A stretch of DNA of 53,488 nucleotides from positions 1 to 53,488 of the forward strand of contig JAOZMX010000003.1 of assembly GCA_029934065.1 (NCBI GenBank). Direction: 5' to 3'. Position 1 is the stretch's first letter. Each line of letters starts with the position of its first letter. Positions 36,248 to 47,153 of the stretch are shown in pieces. The DNA is from Bacteroidales bacterium (GTDB lineage Bacteria; Bacteroidota; Bacteroidia; Bacteroidales; 4484-276). The notes under the pieces were generated by a model. That model worked only from the letters and a program-made list of their open reading frames with translations, was not told the origin of the DNA and did not search any database. The translations under genes and the position numbers were made by a program.

Positions 36248-39200
36248 CTATCTGATCACAAGTTTCTTGGTTACTACGCCGTTGGTAGTGCGGATTTCCA
36301 TGAAATAAACACCCGGCTGATAGTCGGAGGTGTTGATTTGCAGTGTTTGTCCGTCAACCTGGCGGTTGAAGATTTCCTGACCGTTGTTGTTCATGATTCT
36401 TACCTTTTGCAGGTTGCTTCCGGTAATGACATTTACCACATCGCTGGCAGGATTCGGGAATACGGATGTTTCGGCAACCGTATTTAGGTCGTCGATCCCG
36501 ACATACATTCCGAGGTCTTCAACCAGTGTGGCCTGAAGAATCTCTTTCGTATCGTTGTCCTGCAGGAATACAACAAGGTCCATGTGGTCGATATCCCAAT
36601 CGTTGTCCCAGGTAAACGGAAGTTCAACCTCGTAAGTTGACTGACTGCCGAAATCAAGTGCAGTACCCATTTGGTCGGGCAGCATTTTGCGGCAGACAAA
36701 GTTGACTTCATCCAGGCCCAGCCAGTTATCGGGAATTTCGGATTCGGTAGCGACTGCCTGAAGTACGACATTTGCTCCCGGATAAGGATAGATATTGTTG
36801 GCCGTGATGGTAAAGTTGAAACTGTTACCACCTGTATATTCAGGTACTGCGGTCAATTCAAAAACCGAAATCTTGGCAGCCCGTTCTTCGTAAAGTGGCA
36901 GATAAGTTTCGTACAAACTTTGCGTTGCATTACCGCCAACTACGGTGAGTACTCCGTCAAACCATGCTGTCGGATAACCTGAAAGACCGTAATAGTTGGT
37001 GATCCTGTACATTGATTCGGTGGTTTCGTAATCATCACCGCCGTGGTATTCGATCACGGCAACATCGTGCCCGTTTTCAACCAGGTCGTCAGCACCCATG
37101 GCAGCGCCGGGGCAGTACTGACACCATGTACCCGTTCCGATCTCAAGCACAACCATTTGACGGTCGGTACCGCCTTCGATCGTAGCGGGGACGGGACCTG
37201 CACCTGCCGAATAACCTTCGTCGTAAATTGCCTTCACATCATACTGATAGGTGCCCGGAAGCAGGTCCATATCGGCATAAGTTGTTTCGGTAATCTCCTG
37301 TGCGATCATCTCGGCATCGCGATAAACATTGTAGCCGATAAAATCGTCCGATGGCGGAGCATCCCATGTCAGGGTTACATCATTGTCATCAACGGTTGCC
37401 ACAAGGTTTGTCGGCGGTGGTAATGCTACAAATTCCGTAAGTTCGATATTGTCGAAATAGGCTTTCGGTGTACCGTTCACATCCCATGCATAAAAGTCTG
37501 CAGCACCAAGCTGGTTCAGTGTTCCGGTTCCAAAGGATCCTGTGCTCCATTGCCACTCAACCACCATGTTGCCGTCAACATACATTTCGGCCCAGTCCAA
37601 ATTAAGGTCAATGATCATATTGACATTGATCCATGTATCGTAGTTGTAACTGAATGTTCCTGCACCCTGACCGCCGGCATCAACGGTTCCCAGTCCGCCG
37701 GCATCAAAGTATGCCTGCATACCCCATTGGCTGTTGGCGCCGTTAAATTCCTGCAATACGTTGAAATATCCGTAATATCCCGTGGGGATATAAACGTAAA
37801 ATTTAAAGGCATACTTTCCGGAGGTTTTATCGCCAAGCAACATGACGGCGTCGTTGAGTCCTTCGATCACCATTGAATTGCTTCCTTCGTAGGCCACATC
37901 ATCACTAACCATCGGGTCGGTAGCCGAACCGGGTGCATTGTCCCATGTGGTCCAGAAATCAATACCCTGCGAAACGGCTTGCTGTACCAGATAATCGTTG
38001 GCAGTATATTCTTCAAACGGCTCGAAAATGAGCGAATTGGAAAGCTCGCCAAAATCAATGTCGTCAAAATAAGCTTTCGGTGTACCGTTCACATCCCATG
38101 CATAGAAATTCATCGCTGCAAGCTGATTCAGTGTTCCGGTTCCGAATGTTCCCGTACTCCATTGCCATTCAACGACCATGTTTCCGTCAACATACATTTC
38201 GGCAAAATCTGCATCCAGATCAATGTTAAAGTTGATGTAAATCCAGGTGTCGTAGCTGTAATTGAAAGTGCCTGCACCCTGACCGCCTGCGTCAACCGTT
38301 CCCACTCCGCCGGCATCAAAGTATGCCTGCATGCCCCATTGGCTGTTGGAACCGTTGAATTCCTGCAGGATGTTGAAGTATCCGTAATATCCGTCGGGGA
38401 TATAAGCATAGAAGTTGATGTTCCATTTACCGGAAGTTTTATCACCCAGCAAAAGTACCGCATCATTTCCTGTTTCAATAACCACAGAGTTGCTGCCGGC
38501 ATGAGCTTCGTCATTGCTTACATAGGGGTCGGTAGCCGAACCGGGTGCATTGTCCCATGTGGTCCAGTAATCGCGTCCCATGGCATTGGCCTGCTGTGCC
38601 AGATGCTCTCCTGCATTGTAATCTTCAAAAGTTTCCCATGCACCTGACGGGTTACCCCCGGTGATGGTTACCGACACAGGACCGACGAGAGAAGACATTC
38701 CTTCGTCGTAAACCGCACTTACCTGATAGTTGTATGTTCCCGGATCAAGGTCCATATCCATGTATTCCAGTTCGGAAATTTCTTCGGCGATTATGTTGCC
38801 GTTGCGATAGACGTTATAACCTATGAATGCATCGCTTGAAGGAGCATCCCATGTTACATGAACATCATTTTCGTTCACCACTTCCGCCTGCAGATTTTCA
38901 GGAGGAGGAAGCAGCGGGCCGCCGGCAACGATTACTGTATAATCTTCTGTTTCACCATAGCTGAAATCCTCGCAAGGATCAGCAGATGAATTTTGCCAGT
39001 TGGCACGGATCCTCATTCTTTTTGCTCCTGACGTAATACCGTTGGGCACTGTAAAATCTGCGTTGTAATACTGGCCGCTGTTTGACAAAGCAAAATCAGT
39101 GATCAGTCTCTCGGAAGCATCAAATGTTTTATCATCATTGAAATCAATCCAGAGGCAAGCCTGCTGGTTGCTGTACCCGGTTTCCCACTGAATGGTATAG

Positions 39201-42200
39201 GTTTGTCCCGGTTCAATTTCGGTGCTCATATTGGTATAGTCACCGTATCCGCTATTACTGCAACCACTATTGGAGTTATCAATGTCATCAAAGACAAATC
39301 CGGTAAAACCGTCACCATACGAACAGTTGGCGCTGGGATAACAATAGTCCGGGAATAATATTTCAATAACATCTTCCTGCGTTACGCCGAGGTCTGCTTC
39401 AAATGCTACGGTCAATTCGGCTACATACCCTGCGGGGATGGCTTCGCTGGCAGAAACCGTAAAGCTGGCTTCTCCTGTGGCTCCACCGGCCAAATCACCG
39501 ACAACCTGAGGCTCGGATGTCAATACGGTAACATACGGATCGGAGGATGTTAATGATGCTTCGACATTGTAAGCGTCGGCACCTCCGTTATTTTCAACCA
39601 CAACGGTCATGATGGCCGTTTCGCCCGGATCAAGTTGTCCGTTGTTATTTCCGTTGGAGTCGTCAATGGTGTATTCAATATATTGCAAAACGGGTGCATA
39701 CCCTTTGATGGTAATGTAGCTGTCCCAAACATCTGTTCCGTTGGTTGATTGCAACAGGAATGAAACGGAATGATTGTTGGGAATGTTGGCATCCACATCC
39801 AGTGCAAAGGCATCGGCAACGGTAACCGTGGCATCCGGATCAATGTTTCCGAAATATTCGGTTCCGTCGGTGATGGTTACATAAGGATCGGTGGTTGACA
39901 TGGTAACGGTTACGTTTTCTGCCACATCAACACCAACATTTTTCATGGTCATGTCCAGTGTGATGCTTTCGCCGTAATCCATTTGTCCGTTATTATTACC
40001 TGAAGGATCGTTGATGATGTATGAGTCACCAACAACATAAGGTCCTTCGGGAGGAATCACGTCAACATTTGCCGAATAGCGGTAGTAATTTTGTTTGGTG
40101 ACGGTAACCACCATCGTGCTCGGCGGATACTGCGGGTCTATCATCAGGTTGGTTGCGCCGCCCTGGCTTACTGCAGTAGCAATGATTTCGCCGTCAACAG
40201 TTAAAGCAATATAGGCGCCTTCTTCAACGAGAACCGTAAAAGTGGTTTCCCCGGCATAAAGGATGGGGTTGTGCGTAACGGCAAGGTTTTGGGGAACTTC
40301 GGAATATACCTGAAGGAAAGCGCCGCCATGATGGTGGAACAGGTTGTAAGTAACCTCTTTGTTATTCGTGTTATAAGGCCAGTCGCTCTGCTGGAGGAAA
40401 TATTTTCCGCCGGCATTACCGAAGGCGGGAAGGAAACCGCGTTCAGGTGACAATTGTCCGTAATCGGGCAAAAAGTCGGGGTTCATGTTATCGAACATTC
40501 CCCAAACGTAGGTATCATTTACAAATGAATATGAAACTTCGGAAGCTGCGATGATGCCAAGTGCACCGGCATTTTGGCCGTTGTGAGTATGACGGTGGAA
40601 TTTTTCGGCAAAACATTCGCCGCTGATGTTGTATTTTCCGGTCAGACAGTTGATGGAAAAGATAAACGGAAATTCGTTGTCTTCGGTATTGGTCAACTGG
40701 TTGATGTCGTTACTTTGGAAATCGGGTTCGCCCCAGCCTGTTTCGCCGCCGTGATCACGGTGCTGCAAAACAAAGGCGCCGTCGTTGATGGCATTGATAA
40801 CTGCCTGTGCATTACCGCCCGACCATCCGCCAAGTTCTGCCGGAGTTGCGGGAATGTATCCCAGACCGTTAGGGCCAAACACACCCAAAACAGTTCCTGT
40901 ATTGGTAGCTGTTGACCATGGGTCGGAGTTTGGATTACCACTGTAGATGGCATTGATCCGTACCGGCTCTTTACCTTCCACTTCGCGCCAGTAACCGCCA
41001 ACGGTTTCGGAGCAAATCTGGAACCAGCGTTCGGTTTGCCAGCCAAGTGCCGTGATGGGCTTGTGATAGAAGTTGGCATCCGTAGGTGGGTTGGCTTCGT
41101 AATCCAGCATCTTCGATACCATGGTTTGCAGGTGGGTTTCGTTTTGTGCCGTCATTCTGGCAAAAATGATATCCGGCATGTCGTTGTTGTTGACGTCTGC
41201 GTAAATATTGTCCGAAGCACAGTAGCTGTCCCAGATGGGAGCAATGATGCTGTTGTTGGCGTTGGTGCCGTAGTCGGCCATCAGCAGGACGGCAACCGGC
41301 GGGATGTCCCAGTTATTGTAAGCATCGTTAAAGAAGTTCTCCAGTCCGCTTGCCGTGTTGGTTCCGATGTCGGCCAATGTCATAATTCCGGTGTAAATCC
41401 CTTGAGCTGTACGCCATTCTTTGATTTGCTCGGCGAAAGGCATCCAAACGGGATCGTTGGGAATGACGATCAGGTATTCAAAACCCGTTTCGTCACGAAG
41501 TGCGTGATTTTTGTAACGTGTGTTATAATCTACCTCGGGAAGCGATTCCGCATTGAGCAATGCATCTTCGAGGATCGGGTCGAACCAGCGGCTGCGGAGA
41601 CGATCCTGACCGAAATGGCCGTTGCCGCCTTCAAAAACAACCTCAATTTCAATGTCACGGTAAACGATCAGTTCCTTGGTTACCGGATTGTACTGAAACG
41701 GGGTGATACCCACGATGGCGGCATCAACACCTCTCAATTGTGTTTGATCCGACAGAAGAAACGGTTGTTCCGGATAGAAAGCATCCTTACTGTAAAGTTT
41801 TTGATCTTTTTGATATACCAGCGGTCCGTTATCCGTATCCAAAGGAATTTTGGGGGCCGGAGCCAGTTCTACATCCGTAAAGGTTTCAGTGCGGTAACTC
41901 TTAACGTTGAGAATTGCTCTTGCTCCCTGCGGGATGGCGATGTAACGTCCGAATCCCGGAAGGTCGGGTGCGCCTGCATTGTTGGGCAAAAAGGCACCTG
42001 ACATTTCGATCTTTTTCATCGGTGTTCCGTCAATCATATTGTCCACTAATGAAAACTCCTGAATGGAAAAGTTAATGTTCAAACCGGTGGCCGATTGATT
42101 GTTGAGGGTCATTCCGGTTTTTCCCCAGGCATCATCATACTGGTATGTCTGCGCCTGAAGCATAGTCATCGAGAACAGCATTGCTGCGAGTAAGACCAGC

Positions 42201-42235
42201 TTTTGTCGTGTTGGAAATTTTGTAAATAAACTCAT
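36248..42235 (-). CDS. C25 (gingipain-like) cysteine peptidase, 1995 aa: propeptide, catalytic domain, Ig-like, GEVED, FN3, two tandem beta-sandwich repeats, FN3, Omp28-like CxxC domain, T9SS CTD
   Basis: GAPDLP and PFQYNPV propeptide; ASDNIY; QHRDHG (His) and INCLTG (Cys); GETEDYTV; TGTWCQYCP; VFPNPAS...GVYFM...KKLVIR; TACATTTG box at 42348-42355. Confidence 0.9.
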   Translation of the reverse strand: MSLFTKFPTRQKLVLLAAMLFSMTMLQAQTYQYDDAWGKTGMTLNNQSATGLNINFSIQEFSLVDNMIDGTPMKKIEMSGAFLPNNAGAPDLPGFGRYIAIPQGARAILNVKSYRTETFTDVELAPAPKIPLDTDNGPLVYQKDQKLYSKDAFYPEQPFLLSDQTQLRGVDAAIVGITPFQYNPVTKELIVYRDIEIEVVFEGGNGHFGQDRLRSRWFDPILEDALLNAESLPEVDYNTRYKNHALRDETGFEYLIVIPNDPVWMPFAEQIKEWRTAQGIYTGIMTLADIGTNTASGLENFFNDAYNNWDIPPVAVLLMADYGTNANNSIIAPIWDSYCASDNIYADVNNNDMPDIIFARMTAQNETHLQTMVSKMLDYEANPPTDANFYHKPITALGWQTERWFQICSETVGGYWREVEGKEPVRINAIYSGNPNSDPWSTATNTGTVLGVFGPNGLGYIPATPAELGGWSGGNAQAVINAINDGAFVLQHRDHGGETGWGEPDFQSNDINQLTNTEDNEFPFIFSINCLTGKYNISGECFAEKFHRHTHNGQNAGALGIIAASEVSYSFVNDTYVWGMFDNMNPDFLPDYGQLSPERGFLPAFGNAGGKYFLQQSDWPYNTNNKEVTYNLFHHHGGAFLQVYSEVPQNLAVTHNPILYAGETTFTVLVEEGAYIALTVDGEIIATAVSQGGATNLMIDPQYPPSTMVVTVTKQNYYRYSANVDVIPPEGPYVVGDSYIINDPSGNNNGQMDYGESITLDMTMKNVGVDVAENVTVTMSTTDPYVTITDGTEYFGNIDPDATVTVADAFALDVDANIPNNHSVSFLLQSTNGTDVWDSYITIKGYAPVLQYIEYTIDDSNGNNNGQLDPGETAIMTVVVENNGGADAYNVEASLTSSDPYVTVLTSEPQVVGDLAGGATGEASFTVSASEAIPAGYVAELTVAFEADLGVTQEDVIEILFPDYCYPSANCSYGDGFTGFVFDDIDNSNSGCSNSGYGDYTNMSTEIEPGQTYTIQWETGYSNQQACLWIDFNDDKTFDASERLITDFALSNSGQYYNADFTVPNGITSGAKRMRIRANWQNSSADPCEDFSYGETEDYTVIVAGGPLLPPPENLQAEVVNENDVHVTWDAPSSDAFIGYNVYRNGNIIAEEISELEYMDMDLDPGTYNYQVSAVYDEGMSSLVGPVSVTITGGNPSGAWETFEDYNAGEHLAQQANAMGRDYWTTWDNAPGSATDPYVSNDEAHAGSNSVVIETGNDAVLLLGDKTSGKWNINFYAYIPDGYYGYFNILQEFNGSNSQWGMQAYFDAGGVGTVDAGGQGAGTFNYSYDTWIYINFNIDLDADFAEMYVDGNMVVEWQWSTGTFGTGTLNQLAAMNFYAWDVNGTPKAYFDDIDFGELSNSLIFEPFEEYTANDYLVQQAVSQGIDFWTTWDNAPGSATDPMVSDDVAYEGSNSMVIEGLNDAVMLLGDKTSGKYAFKFYVYIPTGYYGYFNVLQEFNGANSQWGMQAYFDAGGLGTVDAGGQGAGTFSYNYDTWINVNMIIDLNLDWAEMYVDGNMVVEWQWSTGSFGTGTLNQLGAADFYAWDVNGTPKAYFDNIELTEFVALPPPTNLVATVDDNDVTLTWDAPPSDDFIGYNVYRDAEMIAQEITETTYADMDLLPGTYQYDVKAIYDEGYSAGAGPVPATIEGGTDRQMVVLEIGTGTWCQYCPGAAMGADDLVENGHDVAVIEYHGGDDYETTESMYRITNYYGLSGYPTAWFDGVLTVVGGNATQSLYETYLPLYEERAAKISVFELTAVPEYTGGNSFNFTITANNIYPYPGANVVLQAVATESEIPDNWLGLDEVNFVCRKMLPDQMGTALDFGSQSTYEVELPFTWDNDWDIDHMDLVVFLQDNDTKEILQATLVEDLGMYVGIDDLNTVAETSVFPNPASDVVNVITGSNLQKVRIMNNNGQEIFNRQVDGQTLQINTSDYQPGVYFMEIRTTNGVVTKKLVIR
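37440..38640 (-). repeat. Intragenic tandem duplication with a 612-nt period
   Basis: GCTTTCGGTGTACCGTTCACATCCCATGCATA at 37461 and 38073; both copies encode WTTWDNAPGSATDP...QWGMQAYFDAGG...YAWDVNGTPKAYFD. Confidence 0.9.
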
Positions 42236-42367
42236 TTTGATTTTAATTTAATTAAAAAATTGATTTGTTAATATGACATATCATTATTGATATTGATAAT
42301 TCGAGACAATGAAAATTTTTGTGAATAATCATCTTTCGATTTGTGGGCAAATGTATGAAATAATCTG

Positions 42368-45300
42368 TTATTTACTGATAATTACTTTTTTGGTATAGAT
42401 GATTGTGTTGCCTGTGACCATCAGATGGTAAACTCCTTCCGGAAAACCGGCTGCGTCAATGCTGTAATTCAGATATCCGTTGACTTCTATGTTGTTTTCA
42501 TCCAGCATCAGCTTTCCGGTGGCATTGTACAAACGTACGGATATGTTGTCCACGGCGGTGATGGTAAGGTGGAATAAACCGTTGTTCGGGTTCGGATAGA
42601 TCGAAAGTTCATTGCTTTCGGTTTCGTCAATTCCGGTGCAATCTTGCACGAGAATGGCATATCCGGATATGGCGCCTTGTCCGCAGGCGTTTACTCCACG
42701 AACACTCAATGTGGCATTTCCGTTCCATGTATCATCCCATGAAACGGAGCATTGGGTGTTGTTTTGGGTCAGGATGCCGGCAGCTTCCGGTTCGAGCACC
42801 CACTCGTAGGCATCTGCATTTCCTATTTCGTTGGTTTGATAACTGTCTTCCGTGCCCATGCAGGTTTTTTCTTTTCCCGAGATATCTGTTGCGGCATCGG
42901 GTAACGGTGCCACCTCAATGATAAGTGCGTCGGACCATTCTCCCTCGCTGCAAACATTGATGGGCTGGGCACGCAGCATTGCTTCCCCGCTGAAAGTTTC
43001 GGACCATGAGATATTTACTTCAAAGTTTTCGTTGATAAGCGTACCTGCCTCCGAAGGTGTTAATTCCCAAACGATTTCGTCAGCATTGGGAACTTCATTC
43101 ACGACATAATTCACATTGGTTTCGCCGGCGCATACTTCTGCCGGCCCATCGGGCGGATTGATTGTTTCGGGAGTATCCCAGATGTGAATATCCAGCGGTG
43201 ACGACCATTCTCCTTCGCCACACTGGTTTGTCCCTTTGACCATAAGTTGGCAGGCTCCCGCAAAATCAGATGCATAGGTTACCTGCGCCATTTGGCCTTC
43301 CCAGGTTACCGTTCCGGCTTCGGCAGGGGTAATTTCCCACACATAACCGGTGGCGCCCGGAATGTCGGTTACGGTGTAATCCGCCGTTCCCGGATCGAGG
43401 CACAACTGCGAATCGCCGGCGGGTGGCTCGTTGCTGATGCCGGGCTGTGTCATAAAGGTCAGCATCATATCATCGCTTACTTCGTCGCTGCCGTCAATGG
43501 CTGTGAGTGTCAGCGTTACAAAACCCGAAGAAATGTCTTCGTCGCTCGGCGTATAAACCGGGCCGGGAATTGAAGGATCATCAAATGTCCCCGTTCCGCT
43601 GGTGCTCCAGAGCAAACTTTCGTAATAACTTGCGTAAGCGTTGGTTTGAAAATCATTTCCTTCGCAGATGGTTTCGTCCCATCCGGCAAAGGCCGTTACA
43701 TTTTCGTCGGCCATGGGCGGCAACTCGATAAAATCAACCCATGCACAATCTTCTCCTCCTGCACCCGAACCATCTTTGTAATATCTCCAGATCAGATTAT
43801 GTATTCCTTCATCCACGGGATAGGCAAAATACTCCCACTCTTTCTCTCCCGACCATTCGCCCATCAGCGCACCGTCAACAAAAAACTGCAGCACATCGCC
43901 GCTTTGCGATGATACTTTTCGGTAAAACGAAACGGAATCCATGGTGACCACATCGGCACTGAGACCGAGAATACACATTTGTCCGTCGCCGACGGCACCC
44001 GACCGAAGACTGTAATTTCCTTCGTACACCGTTTCGCCGGTAATGAACCATGGGTTGCTTCCGCCGTTTTGCCAGTCGTATTTGGAGAGGTCTCCGGTTT
44101 CAAAATCCTCGATATTGGCTCCGGCCATGATCAGTACTTCCTGTTCGATGCTTGCCGCAACACACGAAGCGCTGAAATCAGTTTGTATCATAAAACCGTT
44201 GGGGGCCTGTTCGTGCAACGAAACGTTGAATACGGCATAACCGTTGGCTCCCGCTTCAATCACATCAAGATCGTATTCCGAAGTGTTAAAGATCAGGAAC
44301 GGATCATTCGTTAAGATGGTGGCATGGACGGCGTAGGCATTACCCGTTCCGATGTTTGTTGTTGGTATGTAAATGTCTGCCGTTTCGCCGGGGTCAAGGC
44401 GTCCGTTGTTGTTCCCGTCGGGATCGGATACCATCACATCGGCCGAAATTTCAAACACCGGAGCATGTGCGATAATGCTGAACGTACTTTCCCATGTGTC
44501 GGTGCCGTCGGTAGCCGTCAACACAAAATCGATCGTTGCCTGATCGGGAATGTCGTCGTGTGCCTGAATGGTGTATGCTCCTGCAACGGTTTCTGTTGCG
44601 TCGGGATCGATATTTCCGAAATTAGACACATTATTGATGATGGTCACATATTCGCTTTGGGTCGAAATGGTGGCTTCGATGTTTTCGGCCGTTTCCATTC
44701 CCACGTTTTTCAAGGTCATGTCCAGGAGGATGTTTTCGCCGTAATCCATCAGGCCGTTTCCGTTTCCGCCTTCCACGTCATCAATTTCATAATTGTTGTA
44801 AACGATATGGCATCCTTCGGGTGGAATCACCTCTACCGTTGATTCGTATCTGAAATAATTTTGTTTGGTAACAGTGACCACAATCTCGGTTTCGGGGATT
44901 TGCGGCTCGATGGCTATGTCGGTAGGAAAGCCTGTCCCTACGCCTGTTCCGATAATTTCTCCGTCCACTGTAAGGGCGACCAGAGCACCGGGATTGGCCG
45001 ACACGGTAAAGACATCCGCGCCGCTGTAAAGTACCGGTTCGTGGGTGACAACCAGGTTTTGAGGTACCTCTGAATAAACCGTCAGAAAAGCGCCGCCATG
45101 ATGGTGGAAAAGGTTATAGGTAACTTCTTTGTTGCCGGTGTTGTAAGGCCATGAAGACTGTTTCAGGAAGTATTTTCCCGAGGCATTGGCAAATGCCGGG
45201 AGCACACCTCTTTCTTCGACAGGCATGCCGTAATCGGGAAGGAACTCGGGCCACATGTTGTCGTACATGCCCCACACATAGGTGTCGTTGACGAACGAGT

Positions 45301-47008
45301 AAGAAACTTCGGAAGCGGCAATGATGCCGAGGGCGCCCGAATTGCCTCCGTTTTTGGTGTAACGGTGAAATTTCTCGGCAAAGCATTCGCCCGACCAGTT
45401 GTATTTTCCCGTCAGACAGTTGATGGAAAAGATAAAACAAAGATCCGTGTTGTGCAGCGCGTTGATGTTGGAACTGCTGTAACCGGGTTCGCCCCAGCCC
45501 TGTTCGTAACCGTGATCGCGGTGTTGAAGCATGAAAGCGCCATTGTTGATGGCATTGTTCACCATGTTGGCATTGCCGCCGGTCCAGCCGCCAAGCTCGG
45601 CGGGTGTGGCGGGAATATAATCCTGGCCGTTGGGGCCGAAATAGTTGACAACGGTGTAAGTATTCGTAGCCGTTGACCATACCGTGCTGGGATTCCCCTG
45701 ATAAATGGCATTGATCCTTACCGGGTTTTTGCCCTGACTTCTCCAGAATCCGCCTACGGTTTCCGAACAAATCTGAAACCAGCGCTCGGTTTGCCATCCG
45801 AGAGCAGTGATGGGATGATCATAAAAACCGGGGTTGGTCGGCGGGTTTCGCTCATAGTTGATGAACTTCGAAACCATGGTTTGCAACTGACTGCTGTTGG
45901 TTGCAGTGATCCTTGCAAAAATAATATCCGGCACTTTGTTGTTGTTCACGTCGGCGTAAATGTTGTCCGATGCGCAATAACTGTCCCAGATCGGCGCAAT
46001 GATGCGGTTGCTTGTATTGGTGCCGTAATCTGCCAGCAAAAGAACTGCTGCAGGCGGGATGTCCCATGTGTTGTAAGCGTTGTTGAAGTAGTTTTCCAGA
46101 CCCGACGCCGAGCTTGTGCCTATTTCTGCAAGGGTAACGATCTTGGTGATGATCCCCTGTTTTTGTCTGAACAATTTGACGGAGTCGGCCCACTGCGTAA
46201 ACTCCGGATTGTTGGGCACTACGATCAGGTATTCGCAACCTGCTTCGTCGCGGGGGCTGTTTTTGAGTATTTCCAGCCGCCGTTTGTTGTAATCAATTTC
46301 GGGGATGGATGCTCTGTTGATGAACATGTCCTGTAAGATGGGGTCCCACCAGCGGCTGCGCAAACGGTCGTCGCCGAAATGACCCGTTCCGCCTGTGAAC
46401 CGGATTTCCACTTCCACATCCCTGTAAACGATCAATTCCTGTGTTACCGGATTGTACTGGAATGGCGTGATGCCCAGTATGACGGCGTCCATGCCGCGTA
46501 CCTGTGTGGGCTCCGAAATGCGAATGGGATTTTCAGGGTAGAAGGCATTCTTGTTGTAAATTTCCGGATTTTTGTTGTAATCCAGCGGCCCGTCCTCGGT
46601 TTCCAGCGGAATCCTCGGCGCGGGAGCCATGGAGATATTTTCGAATTTTTCGATCCTGAAATTTTTAATGATCAACTTTGGTGTGGCACCCTGCGGTACG
46701 GCAACAAATCTGCTCGTCCCCGGGAGGTTGGGAGCCCCTTCGTCGTTGGGTAAAAAAGTTCCCGGCAGGGCAATGTCCTGCATGGGCTCACCATTAATAC
46801 TTGTTCCCCTGATGCTGAATTCAGTGACAGAGAAATTGATTTTCACACCCGAATCGTCATTTTTCTTCAGTGTATAACCTGCGTCTCCCCAACTGTCCGA
46901 ATACTTGATTTCCTGACCCGATAACGGGCTGAAAAGACTTAAGGAAAAAAAGGTGATGATTGTAAGGAAGGAAAATTTTGTTAAAAAAAGTTTTTGAGAA
47001 TAAGTCAT
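42368..47008 (-). CDS. Second C25 (gingipain-like) cysteine peptidase with Ig/PKD-like repeats and T9SS CTD
   Basis: Same QHRDHG / INCLTG dyad, GWQTERWFQICSETVGG, three GxNxCGxG Ig-like repeats, IYPNPNNG...KKVIISK. ATG 47008 preferred. Confidence 0.9.
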   Translation of the reverse strand: MTYSQKLFLTKFSFLTIITFFSLSLFSPLSGQEIKYSDSWGDAGYTLKKNDDSGVKINFSVTEFSIRGTSINGEPMQDIALPGTFLPNDEGAPNLPGTSRFVAVPQGATPKLIIKNFRIEKFENISMAPAPRIPLETEDGPLDYNKNPEIYNKNAFYPENPIRISEPTQVRGMDAVILGITPFQYNPVTQELIVYRDVEVEIRFTGGTGHFGDDRLRSRWWDPILQDMFINRASIPEIDYNKRRLEILKNSPRDEAGCEYLIVVPNNPEFTQWADSVKLFRQKQGIITKIVTLAEIGTSSASGLENYFNNAYNTWDIPPAAVLLLADYGTNTSNRIIAPIWDSYCASDNIYADVNNNKVPDIIFARITATNSSQLQTMVSKFINYERNPPTNPGFYDHPITALGWQTERWFQICSETVGGFWRSQGKNPVRINAIYQGNPSTVWSTATNTYTVVNYFGPNGQDYIPATPAELGGWTGGNANMVNNAINNGAFMLQHRDHGYEQGWGEPGYSSSNINALHNTDLCFIFSINCLTGKYNWSGECFAEKFHRYTKNGGNSGALGIIAASEVSYSFVNDTYVWGMYDNMWPEFLPDYGMPVEERGVLPAFANASGKYFLKQSSWPYNTGNKEVTYNLFHHHGGAFLTVYSEVPQNLVVTHEPVLYSGADVFTVSANPGALVALTVDGEIIGTGVGTGFPTDIAIEPQIPETEIVVTVTKQNYFRYESTVEVIPPEGCHIVYNNYEIDDVEGGNGNGLMDYGENILLDMTLKNVGMETAENIEATISTQSEYVTIINNVSNFGNIDPDATETVAGAYTIQAHDDIPDQATIDFVLTATDGTDTWESTFSIIAHAPVFEISADVMVSDPDGNNNGRLDPGETADIYIPTTNIGTGNAYAVHATILTNDPFLIFNTSEYDLDVIEAGANGYAVFNVSLHEQAPNGFMIQTDFSASCVAASIEQEVLIMAGANIEDFETGDLSKYDWQNGGSNPWFITGETVYEGNYSLRSGAVGDGQMCILGLSADVVTMDSVSFYRKVSSQSGDVLQFFVDGALMGEWSGEKEWEYFAYPVDEGIHNLIWRYYKDGSGAGGEDCAWVDFIELPPMADENVTAFAGWDETICEGNDFQTNAYASYYESLLWSTSGTGTFDDPSIPGPVYTPSDEDISSGFVTLTLTAIDGSDEVSDDMMLTFMTQPGISNEPPAGDSQLCLDPGTADYTVTDIPGATGYVWEITPAEAGTVTWEGQMAQVTYASDFAGACQLMVKGTNQCGEGEWSSPLDIHIWDTPETINPPDGPAEVCAGETNVNYVVNEVPNADEIVWELTPSEAGTLINENFEVNISWSETFSGEAMLRAQPINVCSEGEWSDALIIEVAPLPDAATDISGKEKTCMGTEDSYQTNEIGNADAYEWVLEPEAAGILTQNNTQCSVSWDDTWNGNATLSVRGVNACGQGAISGYAILVQDCTGIDETESNELSIYPNPNNGLFHLTITAVDNISVRLYNATGKLMLDENNIEVNGYLNYSIDAAGFPEGVYHLMVTGNTIIYTKKVIISK

Positions 47009-47153
47009 TAAAATTGCTTGGTTAAGTTTATAATTTAGTTTAATTAACATCAATCTTCGTAAAAAATTTTAGAAAGTGGCGCTAAAAATACTACTTTTTT
47101 TTAACACGGTATTAAATTCATTTTTTCTATCTTTGTCGCAACCATTTAAAATC

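Noticed and set aside
37440-38640. Diversity-generating retroelement TR/VR pair
   Set aside because: Both copies are in-frame coding, mismatches involve all bases and are often synonymous rather than adenine-specific, and no reverse transcriptase is present.
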